64,000 nt of DNA, taken from IMG/VR virus record IMGVR_UViG_3300030450_002944, positions 1-64,000 of that record. One strand, written 5' to 3'. Source of the DNA: a virus. Below, one piece after another: positions 36,699 to 47,804 of this stretch. Under the pieces are notes generated by a model that was not told the origin of the DNA, searched no databases, and worked only from the letters and a program-made list of their open reading frames with translations. Each line of letters starts with the position of its first letter. The first letter of the stretch is position 1. Made by a program: the position numbers and the translations under genes.

Positions 36699-39600
36699 AT
36701 GCCAAAAAGTAGAGGAATACAAGGTGGACTTACCAGAGGTCGACTATTTGATACTAATATAAAAGCTACATCTATTGATGAGGATATTTTTACTGATCAA
36801 GAGGTATTATCTTCTATTGCAGGAGATGATTTAGTATTAGTTCTTGATGTTTCAGAAACACCTGATAAAATTAAATATATTACTAGAACCAACTTTACAG
36901 CTGGTATTACTACAGTAACAGTTACTGATAACGAATCTACTGCAGAAAATAATTTAATTACATTCGTAGCCGATGCAGCTACTGCAACAGGTGCTCATGG
37001 GTTAGAAATGGATGGAGATTTCCATTATAATCCAAATACTGGCACTTTAACAGCTACTAATCTTACAGGAACTTTAGGTACAGCATCACAACCTAATGTA
37101 ACCACTCTTGCTGGTGTAACAACGATGGGGACTGTATCAAATGCATTAACTCTTACTTTTAGTGATGCAACTTTATATCATGACGCAAATAATGCAGATA
37201 CCTCATTTGCAATGGGTACTAGTGCAACTGAAGCATTAAAAATTGAAGTATTAAATGGTGGCTCTAATAAAACAGCAGAATCAATTGCTTTTACTACCTA
37301 TACAGCATCTAGTACAGGAGACCATGGAAAAATTACATTTAGTGTTGACGAAGCAGATGTTATGCTTACGATTGATGATGGTGGAATTTCAATTGCAGAA
37401 AGTGGGGCGTATGAAATAGATGGTACTGCAATATTATCAGATTCATCAGGCACTTTAACATTACAAAATGTAGATGCATTAGATGCTACTACAGAATCTA
37501 CTATTGAATCTGCACTAGATACATTATCTAATCTAACATCAATAGGTTCAACTGGTTCTACAACCAACTTTGTTGCAGGAGATGTAACAGTATATAATGC
37601 TGTAAACGGTGGAAACCCTAGCGTTAGTTTGGGATCAGGAGCTAATGAGAGATTAGCAATAACTACAACTTATGATACAAGTGCTCAGACTTTAGATAAG
37701 GTAGAATTTGCTACCCACGCAGCTTCAGGAACTGCAAATAAAGGTAAATTTGTATTTGATGTAGATGGCACAGATATTTTTGATATTGATGATTCAGGTA
37801 TTAATTTAGCTTCTGGAAAAACTTTTAGAGTTAATGGAGCTACTACTATTGGAAGTGTTTATGATTTTTCAGATGCAGCAATAGCAGATGGGGATTCAAT
37901 ACTCTTTTCTGATTCAGATGATAGTAATGCTACTAAAAGAGATGCACTAGCAGACGTTGCAACATTGTTTGCAGGTGCTGGTATGACAGCTACAAGTTCT
38001 GTATTAAACGTAATCGCAGGTACAGGTATAGATGTAACTTCTGATGCAGTTGCAGTAGATGTTTCCGACTTTATGTCTAATGGTGCTAATAATTATGTTG
38101 TAACTGCAACAGGCACAGATGCTATGAACGCAGAGGCTCAATTAACTTTTGATGGAGATGTGCTTGCAATTACAGGTACAGGTTCAGCAACAGGTAATAA
38201 AGATATTTTAACAATTACAAATGATGCAAATGCTTCTAGTATGACTGCTACTGAAACATCCATCTTATTTAATCAATGGTATTACGATGGTTCTAGTCCA
38301 GCAGTAGCAGATGCTGGTAGAATTTCTATAGGTACTGAAGGAAACTGGACTTCTACTGGTAGTACTCAAGATGCTTACATGGCATTAGAAACTGCACTTA
38401 ATGGAACTGTAACTGAAAATGTTAGAATTACAAGTGCGGGTCTTGTAGGAATTAATAATACAGACCCCGGTAGTTTATTAGATGTTCGTGGAGATGCTGG
38501 AGCACCGGGAATTTTAACTTTATCTACTGCTGAAACAACAGTTGTTGATGGAGATAAATTAGGTAGGATTGATTTCCAAGCTCCTAAAGAAACTGGAGCA
38601 GATGCACTTCTTGTATCTGCAGCTATTTGGGCAGAATCAGATGTTACTTTTGATGCCACTAACAATGCAACAGATTTAGTTATAGCATTAGGACATTCTG
38701 AAGCAGCAGCAGAAAAATTTAGATTTACAAGTCAAAATGAACTAGGTATAGCAGGAGCTAACTATGGTACTGATGGGCAAGTACTAACTTCAGGTGGTGC
38801 TGGAGCTGCAGTGGCTTGGGAAGATGCTGCAACTGGAGATATTACAGGTGTAACAGCAGGTGTAGGACTTAGTGGAGGTGGAACTTCAGGTGGTGTAACA
38901 TTAACACTAGACTTATCAGAATTAAGTGCAGTAACACCAGCGGCTAGTGATAGCTTTTCAACATTAGATTCAGATGGTGCAAATGAACAACTTACAACAA
39001 CTGATGCTCTTGCGACATTATTTGCTGGAACTGGTTTAACAGCATCAAGTGCTGTTATAGGTGTAGATGCTTCACAAGCAATTAATGCATTAACTGGAGG
39101 AGATTTAACAATATATGATGACCAAAATAATGCTGATGTGTCCTTCAAAATGGGAACAAGTGCGACTGAAGCATTAAGTATAGAGGTTCTTAATGGTGGT
39201 AGTGATAAGATAAACGTAGAAACTAAATTTCAAACGACTACAGGTGATGGCACAGCAAACTATGGTAAGTTTTCATTTTATGTTGATGAAGCAGAGATAT
39301 TAGACATTGATGACGGTGGTATTGATTTAGCTTCTGGTATGACTTTTGCAGTAAATGGCACAGATGTTGTTTCTGCAACTGGTGCTAATACAGCACTTAC
39401 ATCTGTATATAACTCAAGTCTTGCAGTTGGATATGGAGCTTCCCACGCTAATATAGATTTTGGAACTGATAACAGTATTATTTTTGATATTGATGGAACA
39501 TCACAGATACAACTAGATGATGGAATATTAAAACCAACTACAGATGTTGATGTTGATTTGGGTACTGCTACTTTAAGATACAAGAGTTTATATGCTCAAA

Positions 39601-40025
39601 AATTTGCAATGGATGCTTCTGCTGATGGAATAGCAGAACATGATTATTCAGGTATAACTGCTTTGCTTAGAGTAGGTGATGGAGCTGATGTAGGAGCTTT
39701 TGACTTAGTATGTATAAGTGATGTGACTAATGAGGTTCAAATAGCAGATGCAGATGCAGTTGCAACATCTAAGGTTATAGGAATAAACCCAAGCAATAGT
39801 GCTATTTCAGACAATTCAGAGGGAATCATATTATTACATGGAATTGTTAGAGATGATTCTTGGAGCTGGACTACTGGGCAAACATTATACCTATCTACAA
39901 CGGCAGGAGATATAACGGCTACAGCTCCAACAGGTTCAGGTGATTGTGTTGTTCCTATTGGTGTAGCACTAGAACCAGACATGATATATTTTAATCCAAC
40001 TCAAAGTATTGTTGAATTAGCATAA
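36699..40025 (+). CDS. long fibre protein with internally repeated modules
   Basis: T/G/D/A-rich; repeated NNAD.SF.MGTSATEAL.IEVLNGG; C-terminal YLSTTAG.IT.TAP...IGVA domain. Confidence 0.75.
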   Translation: MPKSRGIQGGLTRGRLFDTNIKATSIDEDIFTDQEVLSSIAGDDLVLVLDVSETPDKIKYITRTNFTAGITTVTVTDNESTAENNLITFVADAATATGAHGLEMDGDFHYNPNTGTLTATNLTGTLGTASQPNVTTLAGVTTMGTVSNALTLTFSDATLYHDANNADTSFAMGTSATEALKIEVLNGGSNKTAESIAFTTYTASSTGDHGKITFSVDEADVMLTIDDGGISIAESGAYEIDGTAILSDSSGTLTLQNVDALDATTESTIESALDTLSNLTSIGSTGSTTNFVAGDVTVYNAVNGGNPSVSLGSGANERLAITTTYDTSAQTLDKVEFATHAASGTANKGKFVFDVDGTDIFDIDDSGINLASGKTFRVNGATTIGSVYDFSDAAIADGDSILFSDSDDSNATKRDALADVATLFAGAGMTATSSVLNVIAGTGIDVTSDAVAVDVSDFMSNGANNYVVTATGTDAMNAEAQLTFDGDVLAITGTGSATGNKDILTITNDANASSMTATETSILFNQWYYDGSSPAVADAGRISIGTEGNWTSTGSTQDAYMALETALNGTVTENVRITSAGLVGINNTDPGSLLDVRGDAGAPGILTLSTAETTVVDGDKLGRIDFQAPKETGADALLVSAAIWAESDVTFDATNNATDLVIALGHSEAAAEKFRFTSQNELGIAGANYGTDGQVLTSGGAGAAVAWEDAATGDITGVTAGVGLSGGGTSGGVTLTLDLSELSAVTPAASDSFSTLDSDGANEQLTTTDALATLFAGTGLTASSAVIGVDASQAINALTGGDLTIYDDQNNADVSFKMGTSATEALSIEVLNGGSDKINVETKFQTTTGDGTANYGKFSFYVDEAEILDIDDGGIDLASGMTFAVNGTDVVSATGANTALTSVYNSSLAVGYGASHANIDFGTDNSIIFDIDGTSQIQLDDGILKPTTDVDVDLGTATLRYKSLYAQKFAMDASADGIAEHDYSGITALLRVGDGADVGAFDLVCISDVTNEVQIADADAVATSKVIGINPSNSAISDNSEGIILLHGIVRDDSWSWTTGQTLYLSTTAGDITATAPTGSGDCVVPIGVALEPDMIYFNPTQSIVELA

Positions 40026-40042
40026 TAGCATAAGGAGAACTT

Positions 40043-42331
40043 ATGGCAGATATAAGTAAAATTAATGGAGTCGATATAGGCGACATTGAAAAAATTAATG
40101 GTGCAGATAAAGGTGACCTAGAGAAATTCAATACTGGAGAAGTACCTGCATCACAAACAGATCCAAGTGTTTCAGCATTAACAAACTACCAATTTGATTC
40201 TGGAGATGCTAAAAATGGGGCAATGGCATATAGCCCAGATGATTCTACACTAGGTGTTGCATACTGTGATGGTGGGAACAGTAGTTATCCTACAGTAAGA
40301 TTAGGAACTTTATCAGGTACAACAATTACATGGGGAAATGAGACAGTTTGTGAGTCTGCGTCATGTGGACCAATGGGGCTTGCATATGATACAAATGTTG
40401 ATAGATATGTGGTAGCTTGGCAGGTAAGTGGTTCAGGTAACGCCCCTAAAGTAGCAGGAGCAAGTGTGGAAAGTGGACCAGTTATAGGTAGCCTACAAAC
40501 AGATTCACTCTCACAAGTAAGTGGTAAAGGTGATGGAAAAACACCTGAAGGTAATATGCTTATTTACGACCCAGCAGGTTCAAGAACGCTTTTATATTTT
40601 GGTAGGTCAGGTAGTCATAACATGGACCAAGATGATATTTTTCCAATTACATTTGATGATGTAGGTAGTGATAATAGTGTAACAATTAATTCAGCTACAA
40701 CAGTATCAAATAGTGGTGCAGATTATACACAAGCAATGTCTTTGGCTTATGATGCATCAGCAAATAAAGTAGTAGGTATATATCAAGGTAGGGGTTCTCC
40801 ATATAAAGTAACTGCTTTTGTAGTGTCAGGCACAGGTACAACTGTAACTGCGAATACAGGAGTAGAATATGCAAATACAAGCATAATGTGCCATAATGGA
40901 GACTCTGGTGGAAGTAGTTTAAATAGGCACAGAGCAGATAATTCACAATTGTTAGTTCATGTAAACGGAGTAAATCATTGCCTGCTTTTTGATGATAGTG
41001 ATGATACATATGTTTTAACTGGATTTACAGTATCTGGAACCACACCAACTTGGCTAGTTGATTCACACCAAAGTAAACCAATAAGGTCAAATGATATACT
41101 CAACCAATTTGACGCTGAACTTAGTTATGGTGATGATGATGACCGGGATGGTGGAGGCGAAGATGAATATGCTACCTATGGTTTATTTGCTAACTCTGGT
41201 AGAAACAGATTTGCACTTGCAGGTCCAGAAGATAAAAGCGACACAGGTGATATGAATGTAGTTGGCGTAGAATATGCTGCTGCTACTGGGTATCATTTTA
41301 TTGGTGGGTATTTAGAATTGCATAGTGAACAGGTGCATTTTAATTATGGAGATGTAGATATAAACAACGATTCATGGTATTCAAAACATGCTTTAATAAC
41401 AGGGCAACCTATTGATGATAGTGGGGGTTATGTATTAGCCTTTGACCCCGGTGTAGGGCAAAGAGCTACTAGTGGTGCTATATGGAGTTTATCAAGTGCA
41501 ACACTAAGTACTGCACGAAGTAGAAACGGTATAGGAATAGGAACTTCAAGAATTGCAAGTATGACGGGTGGTGGAACTAATACAAGTGCTACTAAATTAG
41601 TCAGTACAGAGGAATATAATGGTAGTACCATTACTGCTGGTGGTAATATGGCAACTGCGAGAATGGCACCATCAGGAACAGGAACATTAACAGCAGGTTT
41701 AGTATTAGGTGGTACAACTGCATCTGGAGAAGTATTAACTACAGAAGAATATGATGGCTCATCTTTTAGTAGTGGGGGAACTGCTAATGTAGTTGGTGGC
41801 GAACAAGCTGGCATGTGTGGCACTCAAACTTCTGCGATAGCAGCAGGTGGTTATGTGGGTAGCTACGCTACTCAAATAGAAACATACAATGGTAGTTCTT
41901 GGTCAGATACGGGTGCAGATTTGGATGATGGTAAGGGATATCTGGGAGCTGCTGGAACTTCAAGTGATTGCATATTTTTTGGAGGTACAGGTAGTGGTGG
42001 TGGTGCAAATAGACAAAGAACAGAAGGCTGGGATGGAAGTTCATTAACAACATTAAACAGTATGTCCAATGGTAGAAATGTATTCCAATCTGCTGGAACT
42101 AGAAATGATGTTGTCTTAACTGGGGGTAGTAGATATTCAAATAATGATGGAGAGGTTTGGAATGGTACGTCTTGGGCAGCATCCTCTACAAATGGTCTTT
42201 CAGGTGCAGATTTATATTCATCATCAGACAATGTAGATTGTAGTGGTACATCTGCTGCCGTATTTTTTGGTGGTGGTACAGCTACTGGTTATGGCGATGC
42301 AACTAATAGAATAGCACATTACGATAGGTAA
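40043..42331 (+). CDS. kelch-like beta-propeller virion/receptor-binding protein
   Basis: Repeated TEEY(N/D)GS...GG...GT motifs. Confidence 0.75.
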   Translation: MADISKINGVDIGDIEKINGADKGDLEKFNTGEVPASQTDPSVSALTNYQFDSGDAKNGAMAYSPDDSTLGVAYCDGGNSSYPTVRLGTLSGTTITWGNETVCESASCGPMGLAYDTNVDRYVVAWQVSGSGNAPKVAGASVESGPVIGSLQTDSLSQVSGKGDGKTPEGNMLIYDPAGSRTLLYFGRSGSHNMDQDDIFPITFDDVGSDNSVTINSATTVSNSGADYTQAMSLAYDASANKVVGIYQGRGSPYKVTAFVVSGTGTTVTANTGVEYANTSIMCHNGDSGGSSLNRHRADNSQLLVHVNGVNHCLLFDDSDDTYVLTGFTVSGTTPTWLVDSHQSKPIRSNDILNQFDAELSYGDDDDRDGGGEDEYATYGLFANSGRNRFALAGPEDKSDTGDMNVVGVEYAAATGYHFIGGYLELHSEQVHFNYGDVDINNDSWYSKHALITGQPIDDSGGYVLAFDPGVGQRATSGAIWSLSSATLSTARSRNGIGIGTSRIASMTGGGTNTSATKLVSTEEYNGSTITAGGNMATARMAPSGTGTLTAGLVLGGTTASGEVLTTEEYDGSSFSSGGTANVVGGEQAGMCGTQTSAIAAGGYVGSYATQIETYNGSSWSDTGADLDDGKGYLGAAGTSSDCIFFGGTGSGGGANRQRTEGWDGSSLTTLNSMSNGRNVFQSAGTRNDVVLTGGSRYSNNDGEVWNGTSWAASSTNGLSGADLYSSSDNVDCSGTSAAVFFGGGTATGYGDATNRIAHYDR

Positions 42332-42335
42332 AATT

Positions 42336-42626
42336 ATGATTTATTTTTATGGACAACAAATAACTGAATATACACACAGTGATGCAAAAAGATTTAAACT
42401 TACAGGGTATCCGGGTGACATCTATAAAGCAGTAGATAATGCTGATTATGGTGGTGGCGTAGAACATTGTACAGAGTGGGTAAATAAATATAGTTATACA
42501 ATTAAAACAAAAGCAGAAGCACAAGAACTAGTAAATGCTGGTATAATAGAAGAGAATAATAAATATAGCAATGATGCCTTAATAGGTGGAGAGAAACCAG
42601 TACAAGGAGAGATAACACTTGAATAA
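42336..42626 (+). CDS. hypothetical protein (fibre-associated)
   Basis: Position after the kelch gene. Confidence 0.55.
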   Translation: MIYFYGQQITEYTHSDAKRFKLTGYPGDIYKAVDNADYGGGVEHCTEWVNKYSYTIKTKAEAQELVNAGIIEENNKYSNDALIGGEKPVQGEITLE

Positions 42627-43263
42627 TTTTCCAATGTTAAAAAAAGAAGATAATAACTTCTTAAAAGAATTAAAAAAAGAATTAGAAGCAACACATAATA
42701 AAGTACAGATATACAGAACTGAAACAGAAATGCGATATTCTGTTTTAAATGATGCTAGCTTTCCTACAAAAGCCAGTAAATATTGGCAATGTGTTAGAGA
42801 ACAAGATGTTTTTTATACTAATTTAAGAGAAGAATCTTATGCATATAGAAAACTTTTAGTTGAAATACAAAAAATAGAAAGAGCAATAAAAAACGAACAG
42901 GATGATTTAGAGATAGAATTACTGGAAATAGGACTTGAACAAAAATTATGGGAAAAAGAAGAAAGAGAAAGAATGGGTAAAGATAGAGTAAGAGAAATAG
43001 AACATTGGTCTAGGCTTAAAAAAGAACTAGATGATGGTTCATTCGATACAAAAAATGTTAATGTACATCAAAAAGAATCATTAAAGCTACAGTTACAAGA
43101 GAGAGCAAAAAACTTAACACCGGGCAGTTCTCAAGGGGAAGCATTAAATGTAATAGGTCCTCTTAAAACAATAGACCCAGAGTTTAGAAACCAACTTGAA
43201 GCACAAGAGAGGATAGCTCTTGAGGCAAACAAAAGGCAGGCATTAAATGGCAAAAATAATTAG
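42619..43263 (+). CDS. conserved phage protein often adjacent to kelch genes
   Basis: RTETEMRYSVLND..FPT.ASKYWQCVREQ. Confidence 0.6.
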   Translation: MNNFPMLKKEDNNFLKELKKELEATHNKVQIYRTETEMRYSVLNDASFPTKASKYWQCVREQDVFYTNLREESYAYRKLLVEIQKIERAIKNEQDDLEIELLEIGLEQKLWEKEERERMGKDRVREIEHWSRLKKELDDGSFDTKNVNVHQKESLKLQLQERAKNLTPGSSQGEALNVIGPLKTIDPEFRNQLEAQERIALEANKRQALNGKNN

Positions 43264-43555
43264 AAGAAAGTCTGATAATAAGGTATTTTACTGTTTAGAT
43301 AATGCAGAAACTGCTGACCTTACATCTACAGTATTTAATTTTACACTAGATAATGGTGGAAGAACATTAACAGCATTAGACATAAACTCATCTACACACG
43401 AACTACTAACTGGTATTACACCACCCACAACATTTACTGGAAGTGGCGTTTTTACTTATGATGGAAGTTCATGGACAATAGATACTGACTTGTTAAATAA
43501 GATTAATGCAGGTAGAACAATACACGATAGCCCTAATATAGTAGCAGAAGTTTAA
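43247..43555 (+). CDS. hypothetical protein (fibre assembly-like)
   Basis: Coupled ORF. Confidence 0.5.
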   Translation: MAKIIRRKSDNKVFYCLDNAETADLTSTVFNFTLDNGGRTLTALDINSSTHELLTGITPPTTFTGSGVFTYDGSSWTIDTDLLNKINAGRTIHDSPNIVAEV

Positions 43556-43664
43556 ATATTTAGTGGAAAAAAGTCGTAAATCTATAGAAAATTAGTATAA
43601 TAGTAAGAGAGGGTTGACTTAGGTATAAGGATTATGATATAATTACTTATAGGGAGGTCTACTA

Positions 43665-44021
43665 ATGAAGACATTATATAGTAAATGGACTAAAGAAGAG
43701 TATAAGGTTGCAGAAGTAACTTATAAAACACACTTCAAAAGAACTAAGACAGTTGAAGCGAAAATACGGAGATATGAAAAAAGTCATATCCCTTATTTTT
43801 TAACTACAAATGCTTTAGAAAATGAGAAGGTGCAATGGACAACTAAAAATTTTACCTATGAAGGTATGGATGAAAGAGTTTTTGATAAAGAAGAAGAACT
43901 TTTTATAGATAGTGCAGGTTGGGTAATACAAAAAGGTAAACTTTTAAGATATAATAATGGGAAATCAATCCATATAAAGAATTTACTGCCTGAATTATGG
44001 GCAACAAAGAATAGAAAATAG
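43665..44021 (+). CDS. moron-like hypothetical protein with its own early-type promoter
   Basis: TTGACT-N18-TATAAT at 43614-43643; GGAGGT SD. Confidence 0.6.
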   Translation: MKTLYSKWTKEEYKVAEVTYKTHFKRTKTVEAKIRRYEKSHIPYFLTTNALENEKVQWTTKNFTYEGMDERVFDKEEELFIDSAGWVIQKGKLLRYNNGKSIHIKNLLPELWATKNRK

Positions 44022-44032
44022 GAGGACATAAT

Positions 44033-44287
44033 ATGTCAGAGACTAATGAAGTTAAAGAGATAGATATAACTAATGATCTAGGTTTACTAGAAAAAGAAAT
44101 AGGGAATATTTCTGAACAACTTAGACAAGTAGATGAGAATAGAATGCAACTAATAACTAAGTTACAACAAATACAGGGAGCGGCTGCTTATTTAAGAGGC
44201 AAACAAGACCCAACACCTGAAGAAAATGTAGCAGCAGTATTGGATGAAGAAGAAAAGTCTGAGGAGGAATCAACAGATAATAAATAA
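44033..44287 (+). CDS. small coiled-coil protein
   Basis: SD; heptads. Confidence 0.6.
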   Translation: MSETNEVKEIDITNDLGLLEKEIGNISEQLRQVDENRMQLITKLQQIQGAAAYLRGKQDPTPEENVAAVLDEEEKSEEESTDNK

Positions 44288-44299
44288 TAGGAGGGTTAA

Positions 44300-45418
44300 A
44301 TGCCATCTACTGTAGAACAATATTTTGACATCGTAGAAGTTTATGATGGTAGTTCATTTACAGATAGGACATTAGAAGCACAGTCACCAGCTGGTACTGC
44401 ATTTTCCGTATTAGCAGGCACTGATGACTTTTTATATTTAGGAGATGCGTCTAAATTTGATATGGCTTTGTTTGATATAGACACAGCTGGTAGTCTAGGC
44501 ACGCTTAAATATGAATACTATAATGGTTCTGCATGGAAGGAATTTATACCTTTGTCTGGAACATATCAACATGATCCTGATGATAACGAATATACTGCTT
44601 ATGGATTTGATGAAGATGGAGCTGAAACATTTCCAGTAAATAGGTTAGGTAATTGGGCTGAAGTAGCTATTGATGGTGAATCAGCTTTTTGGATTAGGAT
44701 TAGTAGCCCAACTTCTGTATCAACTGCACCCACTATAAAGAGTATTAGAAAACGTGGAGTACAAGCATATTGTACAACAGCAGATGTATTTCAATTATTA
44801 CAACTAGGAAATGTAATAGGGGGAGATAACTTTACCTCATCTACAACACCTAGTCTAGCTACAGTAGAAAATTTTATTCATGAAGCTCAATCTAAAATAG
44901 ATTATTACACAAGAAAATCTTGGAGACCTAATATAGTTTATAATGAATATCATGAATTTAATCTTAATGGATTTAAATTAGACAGATTAGATCCATACAA
45001 AGTAATAAAAGTTCAAATATGGAATGGTGGAAACTGGGATAGTAAAAGTCCCGGAAGAAAAAGTGATTTCTTCCTAATTCCAAATACAGGAATGGTACAA
45101 TTTTCTAGATATTTCTTACTTCCTGCAAGATTCACATCTTACAATGCTCCAGTTTGGAGATGGGGAGGTGGAGAATTCACAATGCCTGTTAAGGTAACTT
45201 ATTTATATGGTCGAGATTTAACAACAGACGGTAGAGATGGACCTCTAATTACAGATGTATGTAAAAAATTAGCAGCTATTGATGTACTTAGAGACGCTGA
45301 TTTTGGTGGTGTAACAGTGAGTGGTATGGATAGAGTACAATTATCTCAAAAAATTGATGGTTGGACTGCTGAAACACTAGAAATTATGGATTCTCTCCGA
45401 TCATTTGAGGTATTTTAA
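44300..45418 (+). CDS. head-tail adaptor/connector with an extra N-terminal domain
   Basis: YCTTADV...I.EAQSKIDYYT...VKVTYLYG...DVCKKLAA pattern. Confidence 0.7.
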   Translation: MPSTVEQYFDIVEVYDGSSFTDRTLEAQSPAGTAFSVLAGTDDFLYLGDASKFDMALFDIDTAGSLGTLKYEYYNGSAWKEFIPLSGTYQHDPDDNEYTAYGFDEDGAETFPVNRLGNWAEVAIDGESAFWIRISSPTSVSTAPTIKSIRKRGVQAYCTTADVFQLLQLGNVIGGDNFTSSTTPSLATVENFIHEAQSKIDYYTRKSWRPNIVYNEYHEFNLNGFKLDRLDPYKVIKVQIWNGGNWDSKSPGRKSDFFLIPNTGMVQFSRYFLLPARFTSYNAPVWRWGGGEFTMPVKVTYLYGRDLTTDGRDGPLITDVCKKLAAIDVLRDADFGGVTVSGMDRVQLSQKIDGWTAETLEIMDSLRSFEVF

Positions 45419-45855
45419 TGGCTAATGAACCAATGCCAGCTAAAGAATTTACTGATGAATTAAATTCACAATGGAATGCAAGTAATGTTACTGAACCTAA
45501 TTATATTGTGGTTACAGGGGCAAGCGAACAACTAAGATATGATCTTAATAAAGGAGATTATATTATTGCTGGTCCCGGAAGTCCTGAAATTCAAGAAATT
45601 CCTATTGGAAACCATAAATATGGGGATAGAATTTATGCTGTAGATTTAGAATTATATACTAATGATAGTCGTCAAAGACTATATAATTTAATGCAAGAGG
45701 TAAGACGAATATGTCATGCTAGACGACATAGTTTAACTAATTTTCAGAGGGTAACCTTTGAGAGTTTTTCTGAAGATATGGACGAAAACGTCAATGTTTG
45801 GAGCGGTACTATTGGAATTGAGTTAGAAAATAGCTCTGTTTTGTTGGAAACTTAA
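45418..45855 (+). CDS. tail terminator/completion protein
   Basis: Size and position between the adaptor and the tail tube. Confidence 0.6.
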   Translation: MANEPMPAKEFTDELNSQWNASNVTEPNYIVVTGASEQLRYDLNKGDYIIAGPGSPEIQEIPIGNHKYGDRIYAVDLELYTNDSRQRLYNLMQEVRRICHARRHSLTNFQRVTFESFSEDMDENVNVWSGTIGIELENSSVLLET

Positions 45856-45891
45856 GTAATTCTAGTATAATATATATGAGGAGAAAATAAT

Positions 45892-47769
45892 ATGGCTATA
45901 TATAGAAGTGATCAATCACAATTAACATTTGCAGCTGAGGCTGCCCAAGGTGGTGACCCAGAAATGAACTCTGGAACTAGAGTTAGTAGTGGATGGTACG
46001 GAGATATTAATGAAACAGACGGTGTTCCTGCAGGAAGTATTAGTTTCGCATTTAATAATGGTAACAATACTTTAAAAGTAGGGGATTTTATTCGTATTGG
46101 GGATGTAAATCCTAGTGGAACTGAACAAACTTCTGATGCGGCTGATGGAACAACTAACAGTGAATATGAATTACGAAGAGTAGAACATTTTGGAACAAGT
46201 AGTTCATCAGGAACTATTTATTTAGATAGACCAACCGCATTTTTCCATGCTAATGATGATAAACTTGTAGAAGTAGAAGCAACTAGGACTACATGGGAAC
46301 ATACTTATATAAATCGAATTCCGGGAGTATATGAATCAGTATCAGTACCTGATATAGCCCCTACAATTGAGCCTAGATATTATTTAGGTACAGCATCTAA
46401 AAGACAAGCAACAGAATTTTATGCTGGACAACAGGCTTATGCAGGATCTATTAGTGGAATGGTTGTATTAGATCCATCTGCTTTGAGATTCCCTATAGGA
46501 AAAATGGTATCAACAGCTAGTACAGCTGTGTCAAGTAGTCCTTTTGATTCTACTATTCAAACTGCAGCTAAGAAGGGGGATACGTTTATTAATTTTGCAA
46601 CCCATAGTAATTTAGCAGACGATGAATATCTTCAAATTTCAGGTGGAACTGGTGATGTAGTAAGCAGTACAACTATTGGTAATGTAACAGGAAATTATGA
46701 AATTGTTAGAGTTAGAGATATAATTGGTTCAAGTTCAAGTACTATTGCCCATTTATATACTCCATTAAAGTTTGATCATGCAGCTGGAGAAACAGTAGGT
46801 GAAATTGATGAAGCATCTACTGATAATGTATATACTCATATAATTACACCTGAAAATGATTTAGATACAATGACTTGGCATCTTCATATGAAAGATAGTG
46901 CAGAGTCAGAGGAAGCCCTAGCTAGTAGTCACCATTTTAATAGACGATATTATGGTGGTATGGTTGACTCAGCATCAATTACAGCCGAAGAAGGTGGATT
47001 ATTAACAATGGGTTGGGATACTGTAAACTTTATGGGTATGCTACATAACCAAAAGAATCAAGGAACTGTAAGTACTAATGAATATAATGGGGACTCATCT
47101 ACAGCTGGTATGCCAAAATATGCCATAATGAATGATGTTGAATCAACAGATATAACCTTCCCTTCAAATAATCCATATTATTTCTCACAAGGATCAATTA
47201 CTTTATTTGGACAAGAAGTTGCAAGAGTTAGAAACTTTAGTATAAGTATATCAAATGCAACAGAACCTAGATATTATATTTCAACTAGATATGGTAGGAA
47301 TAGAGGACCAAGTGAAATAAGAGAAGGTAGAAAATCTTATACAATGAGTTGCACATTAGCATTACCAGATACAGTTTTATCAAATGCTACTACATATACA
47401 GGGACAACAGGAGCTTTAGAAATATTTAAGCAATTGATATTAGAAGGAAACTATGGAGCTGCGGCTGGAATGAATGGATTTGACTTAGAATTAACCTTTA
47501 CTAGAGGTACTAATGATTATATTAAAATCACTACAAAGAAAACATCTACTCCACTGACCCCAGCCGATTTTGGAGATACTGCAGCAACGACTGGAATAAA
47601 TAATCAGGGAGCTTTTATAACAAGTGCTCCACATAATGTTACTGGAGATGGTTCTGCAATGCAAGTAGATGTGGATATGGTATTAAGATCTATACAAATA
47701 GAAATTAAAGAGCCGTATACTGCCGCAACTACTACAGCAGATTCTATAACCGGAGCAATATATCCATAA
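45892..47769 (+). CDS. major tail (tube) protein with inserted domains
   Basis: YGGMVDSASITAEEGGLL, PYYFSQG and FSISISN...EIREG tail-tube motifs. Confidence 0.75.
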   Translation: MAIYRSDQSQLTFAAEAAQGGDPEMNSGTRVSSGWYGDINETDGVPAGSISFAFNNGNNTLKVGDFIRIGDVNPSGTEQTSDAADGTTNSEYELRRVEHFGTSSSSGTIYLDRPTAFFHANDDKLVEVEATRTTWEHTYINRIPGVYESVSVPDIAPTIEPRYYLGTASKRQATEFYAGQQAYAGSISGMVVLDPSALRFPIGKMVSTASTAVSSSPFDSTIQTAAKKGDTFINFATHSNLADDEYLQISGGTGDVVSSTTIGNVTGNYEIVRVRDIIGSSSSTIAHLYTPLKFDHAAGETVGEIDEASTDNVYTHIITPENDLDTMTWHLHMKDSAESEEALASSHHFNRRYYGGMVDSASITAEEGGLLTMGWDTVNFMGMLHNQKNQGTVSTNEYNGDSSTAGMPKYAIMNDVESTDITFPSNNPYYFSQGSITLFGQEVARVRNFSISISNATEPRYYISTRYGRNRGPSEIREGRKSYTMSCTLALPDTVLSNATTYTGTTGALEIFKQLILEGNYGAAAGMNGFDLELTFTRGTNDYIKITTKKTSTPLTPADFGDTAATTGINNQGAFITSAPHNVTGDGSAMQVDVDMVLRSIQIEIKEPYTAATTTADSITGAIYP

Positions 47770-47804
47770 AAATTAAATAGCAAAAGTAAAGTAAGGAGAG
47801 AATT

